Origin: an uncultured Candidatus Saccharibacteria bacterium
GTDB lineage: Bacteria > Patescibacteriota > Minisyncoccia > Phycocordibacterales > PALSA-1337
Direction of reading: 5' to 3'
Assembly (NCBI GenBank): GCA_964467225.1
Contig: CAYXPQ010000002.1
Span: 7,901-71,900, forward strand
Length of the DNA stretch: 64,000 bases
Of this stretch, positions 1 to 8,570 are shown piece by piece. The notes under the pieces were generated by a model. That model searched no databases and had not been told where the DNA came from. It worked only from the letters and a program-made list of their open reading frames with translations. A program made the translations under genes and the position numbers. Position 1 is the first letter of the stretch, and each line of letters begins with the position of its first letter.

Positions 1-263
1 GAGAATAATGCGCCAACCAAGAATCCTAATGATGTCTCAAGTCCTAGTGTTCCCCATATAACAAAGAACAGAATTGCTGCAATTATCGCAATAGTCTTAT
101 ATTGTCTGTTTAGATATGCCTTTGCACCTTCCTGAATAGCATGTGCTATTTCTCTCATCCTATCGTTACCTGTTGGCTTTTTGATTATATTTAATATTAA
201 AATAAAGCCGTATATCAAAGCTATAACTGAACTTACAATTGCAAATATAACTGAAGAATTCAT
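1..263 (-). CDS. hppA: H+-translocating pyrophosphatase (V-PPase), N-terminal fragment running off the window start
   Basis: The reverse strand from ATG at 261-263 translates to MNSSVIFAIVSSVIALIYGFILI...REIAHAIQEGAKAYLNRQYKTIAII, a typical membrane PPase N-terminus. It is absent from the ORF track because no stop lies inside the window. Confidence 0.6.
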   Translation of the reverse strand, partial: MNSSVIFAIVSSVIALIYGFILILNIIKKPTGNDRMREIAHAIQEGAKAYLNRQYKTIAIIAAILFFVIWGTLGLETSLGFLVGALF

Positions 264-357
264 AATAAATATTGTTAATTGAAAACACTATTAATAATAG
301 CCAGAATATTAGCATATTTATTGAATTATGCCAGTATTTGCTGGGTTTATAATAAAT

Positions 358-924
358 CTAATACTTTCGTATTACACCCTTCACCACCGCAACAACATTT
401 AACTCGTTCTCTGGGTAAATAGGCTTATAGTTTTTATTGGCTGGCTCTAGATATACTTTATTACCCTTTCTTTTGAAATATTTCATTGTCCAACCACCAT
501 CAACCTCAGCAATGACAATATCATTCTCTTTAGGATTATTTGTTCTCTCTACTATTACATAATCCCCTTCCTTTATGCCCTCTTCGATCATAGAATCACC
601 CTTAACCTCAAGTATATATGTAGAACTTCTATCCTCAATCAAATATGAATCAAGGTTGAGTGTATCAAGTATTGATTCATCAGCAACAGTAGGTATTCCT
701 GCTTCTACTAATCCAAGTAAATTTACTTCAGGAGATATGCTATTGGGAATTAATTTGCCTGTACTATCCTTGCTTAGAATATTTGCTTCAATGAGTTTAT
801 TTACCAATTTATAAACTGCATTTTTGGACTTAAATCCAACTAACTCCATAATCTCACTGTAGCTCGGCATTCTTTTTTTCCTGTCATAGAAATTTAGAAT
901 GCTATTTTTATATTTCTCCATCAC
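358..924 (-). CDS. lexA: LexA repressor (N-terminal wHTH plus S24 peptidase domain)
   Basis: 188 aa. The S24 catalytic region VKGDSMIEEGI...VIAEV...KYFKRKG carries the Ser/Lys dyad context, and the N-terminal DNA-binding domain is present. Confidence 0.9.
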   Translation of the reverse strand: MMEKYKNSILNFYDRKKRMPSYSEIMELVGFKSKNAVYKLVNKLIEANILSKDSTGKLIPNSISPEVNLLGLVEAGIPTVADESILDTLNLDSYLIEDRSSTYILEVKGDSMIEEGIKEGDYVIVERTNNPKENDIVIAEVDGGWTMKYFKRKGNKVYLEPANKNYKPIYPENELNVVAVVKGVIRKY

Positions 925-1130
925 AGTAGTATACTTGTTAATAATCCCAATGTTCTCCTAAATATACTGAAATTAGACTGTCTCTCAAAACTATTGAACT
1001 GAGTCATTAGGAATTTGTGTCTTCTAGCTTCAGCTTTATATGGCAGACCTTTAATAATTTTTAAATCAATAGTGTTATTTAACTTTTTAATTTCCTTTTG
1101 AACATTGTATACAATTTTAAATTTACTCAT
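921..1130 (-). CDS. Small basic hypothetical protein, translationally coupled to lexA (ATGA overlap)
   Basis: 69-aa ORF whose stop overlaps the lexA start codon by 4 nt. The SOS box lies 47 bp upstream of its start. Confidence 0.4.
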   Translation of the reverse strand: MSKFKIVYNVQKEIKKLNNTIDLKIIKGLPYKAEARRHKFLMTQFNSFERQSNFSIFRRTLGLLTSILL

Positions 1131-1176
1131 ATATTTTGAAATTAAATATCTTGCTTATATGAGTATATTATATAGT

Positions 1177-1188
1177 GAACATTCGTTC
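1177..1188 (-). promoter_or_regulatory. Putative LexA/SOS (Cheo-type) box GAAC-N4-GTTC
   Basis: The sequence tGAACATTCGTTCa matches the Gram-positive-type GAAC-N4-GTTC LexA operator and lies in the promoter region of the small-ORF/lexA operon. Confidence 0.55.
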
Positions 1189-1215
1189 ACTGCAATGTGT
1201 AATTGTGGATAAGTA

Positions 1216-1788
1216 TTATTTAAATTGCATTTTCTCAATATAAACAGAAACAAAAGAGCCAATAAAAATTATTAATAGATACAAAGATATGATGCTGTAA
1301 TAATCTAAATTCAAATTATTTATTATCCCCAGAATGCATACAACAATCCACGATATTACTGATATAGCACCAGCGATAAATGCTAGACGCCTAACATTTC
1401 TTCTTTTATTTGAAATGAAGAAATCTTTTTTCAATAAATTATCCCAAATATAATTATTAAGTATATAACCATTTACAAGAAGAACTGCCATAATGGTCAT
1501 TTTAGCTAGAAATTTTGCTGATGATAAATATTTATCAATATCAGAAAGGAAAATTGCTATCCCTGATAAAATAATGAAGAATAAGCTGATCAAAACTACC
1601 TTTGACAATATTGATAGAGTGCTTATTTCCGTTTTATTTAATTTCTTATCTTTACTGAAGAAAGTAAAGAGTATATCAGAGATCAAAGCTGATCCCATGC
1701 CAAATATTACACTTATTACATGCAGAATAATTGCAGGTACTTTTGTACTTTCAAAAAATTCAACAAACTCCATTTTATTTTTTTGCAA
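1216..1788 (-). CDS. Hypothetical polytopic membrane protein
   Basis: 190 aa with multiple hydrophobic helices and no recognisable motif. Confidence 0.45.
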   Translation of the reverse strand: MQKNKMEFVEFFESTKVPAIILHVISVIFGMGSALISDILFTFFSKDKKLNKTEISTLSILSKVVLISLFFIILSGIAIFLSDIDKYLSSAKFLAKMTIMAVLLVNGYILNNYIWDNLLKKDFFISNKRRNVRRLAFIAGAISVISWIVVCILGIINNLNLDYYSIISLYLLIIFIGSFVSVYIEKMQFK

Positions 1789-2515
1789 ACCCTTCTAGAG
1801 CCTTTATTGCTTCAACTGGGACCATATAGACTACTGTATTACTTTGATCTGATGACATATCATTAATAGATTGTAGTGTTCTTAAATGTAACGCTCCTGG
1901 AGTCTTGGCTAGCATTTCTGCAGCTTTAGCGATATTTTCTGATGCAGCAAGCTCGCCTTCTGAGTTTATTATTACCGCCCTCTTCTCCCTCTCTGCTTCT
2001 GCCTGCTTACCTATTGTCCTTTCCATTTCTGCAGGTAGACTCACATCCTTTAACTCTACATTTTGAACCTTTAACCCCCAAGCATCTGTTTCTCGATCTA
2101 CTATCTCTCTAATTCTATCTGCTATCTTATCTCTACTTGAAAGTAATTCATCCAACGTTACCTCACCAACTATATTTCTCATTGTTGTCTGAGCATATTG
2201 AGATATAGCATATCTAAAATCTTCAACTTCGTTGATAGCCTTATCAGCATCACTGACTTTATAATAAATAACTGCATTAACCTTAACAGACACATTGTCT
2301 CTAGTAATTGCATTCTGATCTGGTACATCTACAGCTTTTGTTCTTATATCTACCTTTTGATAGCTTTGAATAATTGGCCAAACAATTCTCCACCCAGGTT
2401 CCATCACAGAACTGAATTTACCAAAAGTAAATTTGACTCCTCTCTGATATTGATTTATCTGGCGCACACTCGCAATAATTAGAAATATTGCAATATAGAT
2501 AATTATGTAGGACAT
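1775..2515 (-). CDS. SPFH/band-7 (stomatin/prohibitin/HflC-like) membrane protein
   Basis: 246 aa with an N-terminal TM, an SPFH core (RGVKFTFGKF..., VDVPDQNAITRDNVSVKVNAVIYYKV) and a C-terminal Ala/Glu-rich coiled coil. Confidence 0.85.
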   Translation of the reverse strand: MSYIIIYIAIFLIIASVRQINQYQRGVKFTFGKFSSVMEPGWRIVWPIIQSYQKVDIRTKAVDVPDQNAITRDNVSVKVNAVIYYKVSDADKAINEVEDFRYAISQYAQTTMRNIVGEVTLDELLSSRDKIADRIREIVDRETDAWGLKVQNVELKDVSLPAEMERTIGKQAEAEREKRAVIINSEGELAASENIAKAAEMLAKTPGALHLRTLQSINDMSSDQSNTVVYMVPVEAIKALEGFAKK

Positions 2516-2560
2516 ATTATTAAAATAATTTAGCTTATATACTTATATTTATACCATATT

Positions 2561-2590
2561 TATAAAAGAAAAGAACCGCCCGAAGGCGAT
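2561..2590 (-). terminator. Rho-independent terminator after the 75-aa GC-rich ORF
   Basis: On the minus strand, hairpin CGCC-TTCG-GGCG is followed by GTTCTTTTCTTTT. Confidence 0.4.
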
Positions 2591-2607
2591 TCGTGAAGGT
2601 TTGCTGA

Positions 2608-2835
2608 TCAAGTTTCGATAAGCTCTGCGTGACTGTTATTTAATTCACGCAAGTAGCTTAATGCTGCACCCACAGCGTTACGGCCACCTACATAAAACCA
2701 CGCATTAGACCTATCATGATTTTGAGGTGGTGGTCCAATCTGTCCTGGATACTCACCAGGCTCCAACTCATGAATCTTAGCTTTTCCTCCAGAGTGATCC
2801 ATGACTTGAAGCTTGCTTCTAACAATCAACTTCAT
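2608..2835 (-). CDS. Small hypothetical protein; gene is compositionally GC-rich relative to its surroundings
   Basis: 75-aa ORF (MKLIVRSKLQVMDHSGGKAKIHELEPGEYPGQIGPPP...). It has clearly higher GC than flanking DNA, its own terminator, and no family recognised. Confidence 0.4.
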   Translation of the reverse strand: MKLIVRSKLQVMDHSGGKAKIHELEPGEYPGQIGPPPQNHDRSNAWFYVGGRNAVGAALSYLRELNNSHAELIET

Positions 2836-2907
2836 ACTTATTATCCTCCGTATATATTTATATCACTAATTAAATTTGGGTCAATTGTTTGTTAATTTCA
2901 ATTTTAG

Positions 2908-2937
2908 AAAACAAAAAACCGCATAAAGCGGAATTTT
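2908..2937 (-). terminator. Rho-independent terminator downstream of the tRNA-like gene
   Basis: On the minus strand, CCGCTTTATGCGG is followed by TTTTTTGTTTT. Confidence 0.4.
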
Positions 2938-3042
2938 GCGAATTTAATATACGGTGTATATTTCCCTCTCGTCAATATACATATATTATTTCATTCTTAA
3001 TGATAAGTCAAGACTAATTTTGTAAATAATTACTTTTTCCTG

Positions 3043-3112
3043 TGGAGGTGAGGGGACTCGAACCCCCAAACTCCATTTGACGAGAAGGAATTGTGTACCG
3101 CACACCACCCCC
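3043..3112 (-). tRNA. Atypical tRNA-like gene, 70 nt; anticodon ambiguous (UCA or CGU depending on fold); possible degenerate tRNA or pseudogene
   Basis: Canonical acceptor stem (GGGGGTG/CACCTCC), a T-arm GGGGG-TTCGAGT-CCCCT and discriminator A are present, with no encoded CCA. The D-arm is only 3-4 bp with a 5-nt loop. The anticodon arm cannot be folded canonically: one fold gives G33 with anticodon UCA, the other a C.U mismatch with anticodon CGU and C37. Confidence 0.45.
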
Positions 3113-3251
3113 ATAGGAAAAAATAATCATTCTTGAATGAATGTTATCAAAGTGGGTATTAAGAAAAGCTTAAGAAGTTATTAAGATTTAATGAAGATTG
3201 GGGATAGGTTATTATAACTGTTTTGTTTTTCCGTAATGACTATTTGGATTA

Positions 3252-3773
3252 CTATTTTATACCTTGCTGATTACTATTTTTAATTTCCTCAATAATGTCA
3301 TACAGGAATATTGAAATTTCTGCTGAAATATCAATTAGAATATCTCTCAATAGGCCTTCTTTAGAATCAAAATTATATTTATTAATGATATAATTCTTAC
3401 CTCCAAACATTCCTAATTCATCAATGTCTGATTCTGAAAGATTATATTCTAATTCATGTCCAACTTTATTTCTAAGTTTATTCAATCTAAGCAATCTATC
3501 AGCTACTTTTTTACCATCTTGAAATGATTTCAAATTACTTTTAAAATCCTTTAATTTAGAAATCTTATGATGAAATCCACTTCTTTTAATTTCATCCATT
3601 GTAAATGCATCAACCAAAATAAGTACTTGATTTAAATAATACTCACAAATTAAATTAGCTTTGATTATTAGAACATCTGATGGTTTATCGGGCGATAAAA
3701 AATTTTTAACCTTATTCCTAAAAGAATCCAGATGATTTTTTATTGAATCTTGATTATTGTTATCATTTTGCAT
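3252..3773 (-). CDS. HEPN-domain protein (DUF4145/Abi-like; Rx4H motif RNKVGH)
   Basis: The track ORF 3252..3887 reads through tRNA-Glu. The first Met after the tRNA (MQNDNNNQ..., ATG at 3771-3773) gives 173 aa. It is alpha-helical and has the HEPN signature R-x4-H in LRNKVGHE. Confidence 0.55.
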   Translation of the reverse strand: MQNDNNNQDSIKNHLDSFRNKVKNFLSPDKPSDVLIIKANLICEYYLNQVLILVDAFTMDEIKRSGFHHKISKLKDFKSNLKSFQDGKKVADRLLRLNKLRNKVGHELEYNLSESDIDELGMFGGKNYIINKYNFDSKEGLLRDILIDISAEISIFLYDIIEEIKNSNQQGIK

Positions 3774-3788
3774 GATTTTATTTTCATG

Positions 3789-3860
3789 TGACCCTACAGG
3801 GAATCGAACCCTGCTTTGAGCCTTGAGAAGGCTCCGTCCTAGCCGATAGACGATAGGGCC
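3789..3860 (-). tRNA. tRNA-Glu (anticodon CTC)
   Basis: Full cloverleaf: acceptor GGCCCTA/TAGGGTC, D-stem GTCT/GGAC, anticodon stem GAGCC/GGCTC with loop TTCTCAA, T-arm CAGGG-TTCGATT-CCCTG. No encoded CCA. Confidence 0.85.
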
Positions 3861-3890
3861 ATAGGCACAACTAAAACAATAGAACAAAAT

Positions 3891-5141
3891 CTACTTCTTA
3901 GCAAGCCACTCTGGTTCTTGTCTAACCAATAAATCAGAAGCTCTGTCTGGATCAGACAACAAAATCTTTGTAGCTCTTTCTAATCTAATAGATTGAGAAC
4001 CCTTTAGTAAGACTATATCACCCTCCCCAATTATTCCTTTTACATATTCACCAGCATTTATTGATGAATCAAAATGTACTGAATCTTTACTCATTAGTTT
4101 AGCTCTTGGTCCAACTGTTACTAGAATATTGCAGACTTTCATTGCTTTCTCGCCAATTTTCCTATGTTCATCAGTAGAATATTTACCCAATTCCATCATA
4201 TCTCCTAATACTGCTATTTTTTTGCCTGTAGTCTCAATTTTAGATAAAGCATTCAACGCTTCGCTAACAGCATCTGGTGATGAATTGTATGTATCATCTA
4301 TAAGAGTACTACCATTTATTCCAGACAAAATATTCATTCTGCCCTTTGATGGAATATGATTTGGTATGGATTCAACTATTTTATTAATGGAAATATTTCT
4401 AGCAATTCCCACTACAGATGCAGCAAGAACTGGATAAATAAATTGATTACCAATAGCTCCCTTGATATTTACAGGAATACTGTTACCTTCATAATTTAAT
4501 TTAAATAATACTCCAGATTTTATATTCATAGATATATCTGATGCAGATATTGTTGCAGAGTTGTCTATACCAAATGTCATTACTTTCTGTTTATAATTTT
4601 TACTTGCCTCTACAAGACGCTTGTCATCAGCGGAAACAATCAGTGTTCCACTATTTTTCAAGGATTCTGCCAAGTATAATTTCTCTTTCAATACATCCTC
4701 AGGTGTAGGGAAAAATTCAGCATGAGCAGGAATTTCACTGACCTTTGTAATAACAGCAATATCCGTTTTCAACCATTTTGATACTTTTTTTATATCATTA
4801 GGATGATCTGCACCAACTTCCAGAACAAGACATTCTGGATATTTGGATTTAAATAAAATCAGCTCAAGACCATAGAAAATATTTTTTAACCAAATAGCAA
4901 AATCGCTCCAGCCATTTTGACAGCCAAGAATTGTTAGTGGTATACCAATATCACTGTTGAAACTCTTTTCGCTTTTCCTTACATATGAGTTATTGGTCAG
5001 AACAGTATAAATAGCATCTTTTGTTGATGTTTTTCCTACACTTCCAGTTACCGCTACTATAAATGGCTTATATTTCCTTATAATTAATTTTGACTCAAGT
5101 ATAAGTATAAATACAATTATTTTCTTTATTATAAATTTCAT
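3891..5141 (-). CDS. murF: UDP-MurNAc-tripeptide--D-Ala-D-Ala ligase
   Basis: 416 aa. The Mur ligase P-loop VAVTGSVGKTSTK and a C-terminal MurF-type domain are present. It lies in the dcw cluster. Confidence 0.85.
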   Translation of the reverse strand: MKFIIKKIIVFILILESKLIIRKYKPFIVAVTGSVGKTSTKDAIYTVLTNNSYVRKSEKSFNSDIGIPLTILGCQNGWSDFAIWLKNIFYGLELILFKSKYPECLVLEVGADHPNDIKKVSKWLKTDIAVITKVSEIPAHAEFFPTPEDVLKEKLYLAESLKNSGTLIVSADDKRLVEASKNYKQKVMTFGIDNSATISASDISMNIKSGVLFKLNYEGNSIPVNIKGAIGNQFIYPVLAASVVGIARNISINKIVESIPNHIPSKGRMNILSGINGSTLIDDTYNSSPDAVSEALNALSKIETTGKKIAVLGDMMELGKYSTDEHRKIGEKAMKVCNILVTVGPRAKLMSKDSVHFDSSINAGEYVKGIIGEGDIVLLKGSQSIRLERATKILLSDPDRASDLLVRQEPEWLAKK

Positions 5142-5142
5142 A

Positions 5143-6852
5143 TTATCTATCTGGTGGTAACTCGTAATAATTTATAAGGAATTTAGTAATCTGTATAAAT
5201 GGATCTGCCAAGGTTTCTGAAGCGAAATCAGCATTTTTAGGATAGACATGATATAAGAACACAATAAATCTAGGGTTATATGCTGGGAAATATCCAAAAA
5301 ATGAGTGCAGATATCTGTCTCTATAATAACCCCTGTTTATCCTATCTGCAATCTGAGCTGTTCCAGTCTTAGCAGCAATACTATAATGATCCATCTTGTA
5401 GGCTCCCTTTTTCAACGACTCATCTACAACCCTAACAAGCATTTTTGTAACATCATCTGCTGTCTCTTTACTGAGAACCTGAACCACAGGTGGTTCCAAT
5501 GTCTCAATAGTTCCATCAATATACTCAAATCTTGTTGTAAGATGAGGAGTGACTAATTTACCACCATTTGCTAATACAGACAATGCTCTAATGGTTGCAA
5601 TGGGAGTGAGAGCGATACCTTGCCCATAAGATGCTGTTGCTATTTCTACATCTCTTTTACTTTCAATATTTTTAATTATACTCAATTGTTCGTTCGGCTG
5701 ATCGATGCCAGATAGTTCAGAAAGTCCAAATTTTTTAAAATAATCTACAAAGGTAGTGTGCCCCATCTTCAATGCCACGTTTGCCGCTCCAATATTCAAT
5801 GACTGACTTAATATCTCTTGAACATTTGTCCTACCTCTTGCTCTACCATCAAAATTAGCAATCCTCTTTCCATTTAACTCCATTGTGCCAGTGTCTTCAT
5901 AAGTGTAATTTTTGTCTATTGTTTGAGAATCAATTCCAGCAGCAATTGTCAGTGGTTTTATAATGGAACCCATTTCAAAAACATTTTCAACTATTGCATT
6001 TGAGAAAATCTTAGGATCAGTAATTTCCTTTAAATTATTAGAATTAAAACTGGGTGATGATGATATGGCATATATTCTTCCATCATTAGGATCCATAATT
6101 ATAGCACCCATAGAATCTGAATTCCATTTAGATCTAACACTTGCAACAGTCTTATCTAAATAGTTCTGAACAGATGGTTCGATAGCTGTAACGATATCTC
6201 CAGAACGTTGCTCTGAATTAAACACGGAACTAGTAATAGTATTAAATATCTCAGCAAAAACATTTATAGAAGTATTTAAAGAAGTTCGTGAGAGAATTTC
6301 TTCATAATATCTTTCAAGTCCGTATCTACCAGCTATTTTATTGTTACTATCTGATCCAACAAGTCCTACAGAATGTGACGCCAGAGAATCTCCTGGATAT
6401 ACTCGCCAGGATTCTCTAGAGAGAATAACGCCCTTAATTCTTAAATCCAGAATTGAATTTCCAATACTCTTTTCAACTCTTTTTTGGATTTCCTCATATG
6501 GATCATTTCTCTTCATTGCCTTTACCAAAAAATTTTCTCTATCAAGATTAATATAAGTAGACAAAGTAAGATATACTGCTTCTGGATTCTCAATATTTTT
6601 TGGATTTATGGCCAAGGTATATCCTTCTTTAACTGTAGCAGCAGCGATTTTTGTACTATCTTTTAATTCAAAAAAAATAGAACCTCTATCGAAATTTGAA
6701 GACGTTGGCTTTTCATATTGCGCATTTGCCTTTTGAATATAAGTTTCCTTATTTATAATCTGTAAACTATATAATTTTGATACAATCAAAAGACCAAATA
6801 CACAAAATACAGCGAGAATGATTCTAATTCGTAAAACTGAATTTACATTCAT
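5143..6852 (-). CDS. ftsI: Penicillin-binding protein (FtsI/PBP3-type transpeptidase)
   Basis: 569 aa with an N-terminal TM, the motifs SxxK (GSIIKP) and KTGTA, and a dcw-cluster position. Confidence 0.85.
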   Translation of the reverse strand: MNVNSVLRIRIILAVFCVFGLLIVSKLYSLQIINKETYIQKANAQYEKPTSSNFDRGSIFFELKDSTKIAAATVKEGYTLAINPKNIENPEAVYLTLSTYINLDRENFLVKAMKRNDPYEEIQKRVEKSIGNSILDLRIKGVILSRESWRVYPGDSLASHSVGLVGSDSNNKIAGRYGLERYYEEILSRTSLNTSINVFAEIFNTITSSVFNSEQRSGDIVTAIEPSVQNYLDKTVASVRSKWNSDSMGAIIMDPNDGRIYAISSSPSFNSNNLKEITDPKIFSNAIVENVFEMGSIIKPLTIAAGIDSQTIDKNYTYEDTGTMELNGKRIANFDGRARGRTNVQEILSQSLNIGAANVALKMGHTTFVDYFKKFGLSELSGIDQPNEQLSIIKNIESKRDVEIATASYGQGIALTPIATIRALSVLANGGKLVTPHLTTRFEYIDGTIETLEPPVVQVLSKETADDVTKMLVRVVDESLKKGAYKMDHYSIAAKTGTAQIADRINRGYYRDRYLHSFFGYFPAYNPRFIVFLYHVYPKNADFASETLADPFIQITKFLINYYELPPDR

Positions 6853-7172
6853 TATTTTGTAACAAAGGCTGTTAGAGACTTCTTAGAAATAAAGTTACTA
6901 ACTTCACTATCCCTAAATCCCCTAGCATGAGCTAATTCAATATTTATCTCATTTTTTGTTTTAAAATATACACTCTCTAATTCACTAACCTTAGTAGATC
7001 TTTCTCTAATTTCCTTAACAATCTTCTCTTTTGCCACAACGTTTACTATAGTTGAGTGTATAATATAAACATAATATATACTAAAGATAGATATCAAAAC
7101 CACAAGTAAGCCGAATATTCTTTCCCTATACCTTAGAACTGTCTGCAAATTATCTACTATTACTTGTGTCAT
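6852..7172 (-). CDS. ftsL: FtsL-like cell-division membrane protein
   Basis: 106 aa with a single TM plus coiled coil, sitting between rsmH and ftsI as expected in dcw clusters. Confidence 0.5.
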   Translation of the reverse strand: MTQVIVDNLQTVLRYRERIFGLLVVLISIFSIYYVYIIHSTIVNVVAKEKIVKEIRERSTKVSELESVYFKTKNEINIELAHARGFRDSEVSNFISKKSLTAFVTK

Positions 7173-7173
7173 G

Positions 7174-8067
7174 TTATTTTATTTTTTCTATTATTCTTAA
7201 TTTTGCACTTCTTGATCTAGGATTCTCAATAATTTCATTTGCAGAAGGTACTATTGGTTTTTTGGTATGAATCAAGGCCCAACCTAACTCTTCCTTTTCC
7301 TTATTAAAATTTTTTACAATTCTATCTTCTAAACTATGAAATGATATTACAGAAATCCTTCCTCCTACTGCCAATCTACTAAAACCATCTTCTAATCCCT
7401 TTTTTAAAGTATTCAATTCATCATTTACTGCAATTCTTAAAGCTTGAAAGGTTCTTGTAGCTGGATGAATTCTTCCTCTTCTATAAAATATTGGTACAGA
7501 TTGAGAAATTATTTCTACCAATTCACTTGTCGATTCAATTGATTTTTTCTTTCTATAATTTACTATTGCTCTAGCGATTCTTCTTGCGTATTTCTCTTCT
7601 CCATATCCATAAATAATGTCAGCTATGCTTTCTTCTTGCCAAGTATTAACAATTTGATTTGCAGTTATGTCACTTTCAGAAGGACTCTGTTTAAATGTCA
7701 TTAACAAAGGTTCATCATTCTTAAATGTAAATCCTCTGCCAGACGTTTCAAATTGGTCTGATGATAGCCCCAAATCAAGCATTATTCTGTTTACTTTGTC
7801 TATCTTTAATTCATTGAGAACCTTAGAAATGTCTCCATAGCTTGCCTCTTTCAAAATTATATTATTTGAATCACCTAATCTTTCTCTTGATCTTTCTAAT
7901 GCACCAATATCTCTATCAAGTCCTATTATTGTGATTTTTCCATCTGCTTGTTTTAAAGCATATTCTGCATGTCCTGCACTACCAAGAGTTCCATCGAGAT
8001 AGATGTCTCCTGATTTTATAGCAAGTCCATCAATTGATTCATGTAAAAGAACTGTCTTATGTATCAT
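7174..8067 (-). CDS. rsmH: 16S rRNA m4C1402 methyltransferase RsmH (MraW)
   Basis: 297 aa with the motif DGTLGSAGHAE and conserved position after mraZ. Confidence 0.9.
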   Translation of the reverse strand: MIHKTVLLHESIDGLAIKSGDIYLDGTLGSAGHAEYALKQADGKITIIGLDRDIGALERSRERLGDSNNIILKEASYGDISKVLNELKIDKVNRIMLDLGLSSDQFETSGRGFTFKNDEPLLMTFKQSPSESDITANQIVNTWQEESIADIIYGYGEEKYARRIARAIVNYRKKKSIESTSELVEIISQSVPIFYRRGRIHPATRTFQALRIAVNDELNTLKKGLEDGFSRLAVGGRISVISFHSLEDRIVKNFNKEKEELGWALIHTKKPIVPSANEIIENPRSRSAKLRIIEKIK

Positions 8068-8069
8068 AG

Positions 8070-8528
8070 CTATAGTATTCCGACTGATCCTAATTTCTCT
8101 GCCAAGGCATCAGTCTTTTTCTCTACTGTCGTACGATACGATGACCAAACCTTCTCATCCCATATCTCAACCCTATTGAGCACACCAATAATTGCTACTT
8201 TTGACTTAATATTGGCATGCTCACAGAGATGAACCGGAATAAGTATTCGACCAATCGAATCAACTTCAACTTCGGTCGCTCGACCAAATATTATTCGGTT
8301 GAAATTACGATTGTCAGCCTGCAAAACCGATGAAGAATCTGGCCTCGATAGTCGCTCGGCGAATTCCTTCCATCCCTTCAATGTAAAAACGAAGAGACAG
8401 CTATCTATCCCTGGAGCTATAACAACTGTATTTCCCATTTCCTTTCTGAATTTTGACGGAAGTGAGACTCTACTTTTGTCGTCTATCGTGTGCAGATGTT
8501 CTCCGATTAGCATAGGCTGAGTGTTCAA
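8070..8528 (-). CDS. mraZ: Transcriptional regulator MraZ
   Basis: 152 aa with the duplicated MraZ fold, and it is the first gene of the dcw cluster. Confidence 0.9.
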   Translation of the reverse strand: MNTQPMLIGEHLHTIDDKSRVSLPSKFRKEMGNTVVIAPGIDSCLFVFTLKGWKEFAERLSRPDSSSVLQADNRNFNRIIFGRATEVEVDSIGRILIPVHLCEHANIKSKVAIIGVLNRVEIWDEKVWSSYRTTVEKKTDALAEKLGSVGIL

Positions 8529-8570
8529 GTTTCAGAGCTAATTTTAAAGTGTCGATAATTTAAAATTATT

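Noticed and set aside
575-814. Plus-strand ORFs inside lexA, the membrane gene, the SPFH gene and others (575..814, 1493..1798, 2198..2482, 4129..4359, 5305..5556, 5963..6163, 6341..6666, 8299..8520, 9634..9897, 10028..10450, 11982..12191, 17818..18066, 20925..21128, 21369..21674, 24041..24313, 26486..26911, 27094..27300, 28983..29282, 29505..29756, 30057..30245, 38029..39196, 46777..46986, 47485..47715, 53642..53854, 55558..55958, 57905..58506, 59912..60100, 60839..61650, 62870..63196)
   Set aside because: All lie antisense or out of frame within confidently assigned, conserved genes, and show the hydrophobic or low-complexity composition expected of AT-rich antisense frames.
3043-3112. tRNA-Sec or a code-25 tRNA-Gly(UCA) interpretation of the odd tRNA
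   Set aside because: It lacks the long variable arm and 8/5 acceptor/T geometry of tRNA-Sec. No selA/selB/SECIS genes are in view. RF2 is present and ORFs are not interrupted by TGA, so UGA is not globally reassigned. It is kept only as an unresolved possibility in the findings.
3774-3887. N-terminal 38 codons of track ORF 3252..3887 (MFYCFSCAYGPIVYRLGRSLLKAQSRVRFPVGSHENKI)
   Set aside because: This stretch is the same-strand read-through of tRNA-Glu (3789..3860). The CDS was trimmed to the first Met after the tRNA (3773).
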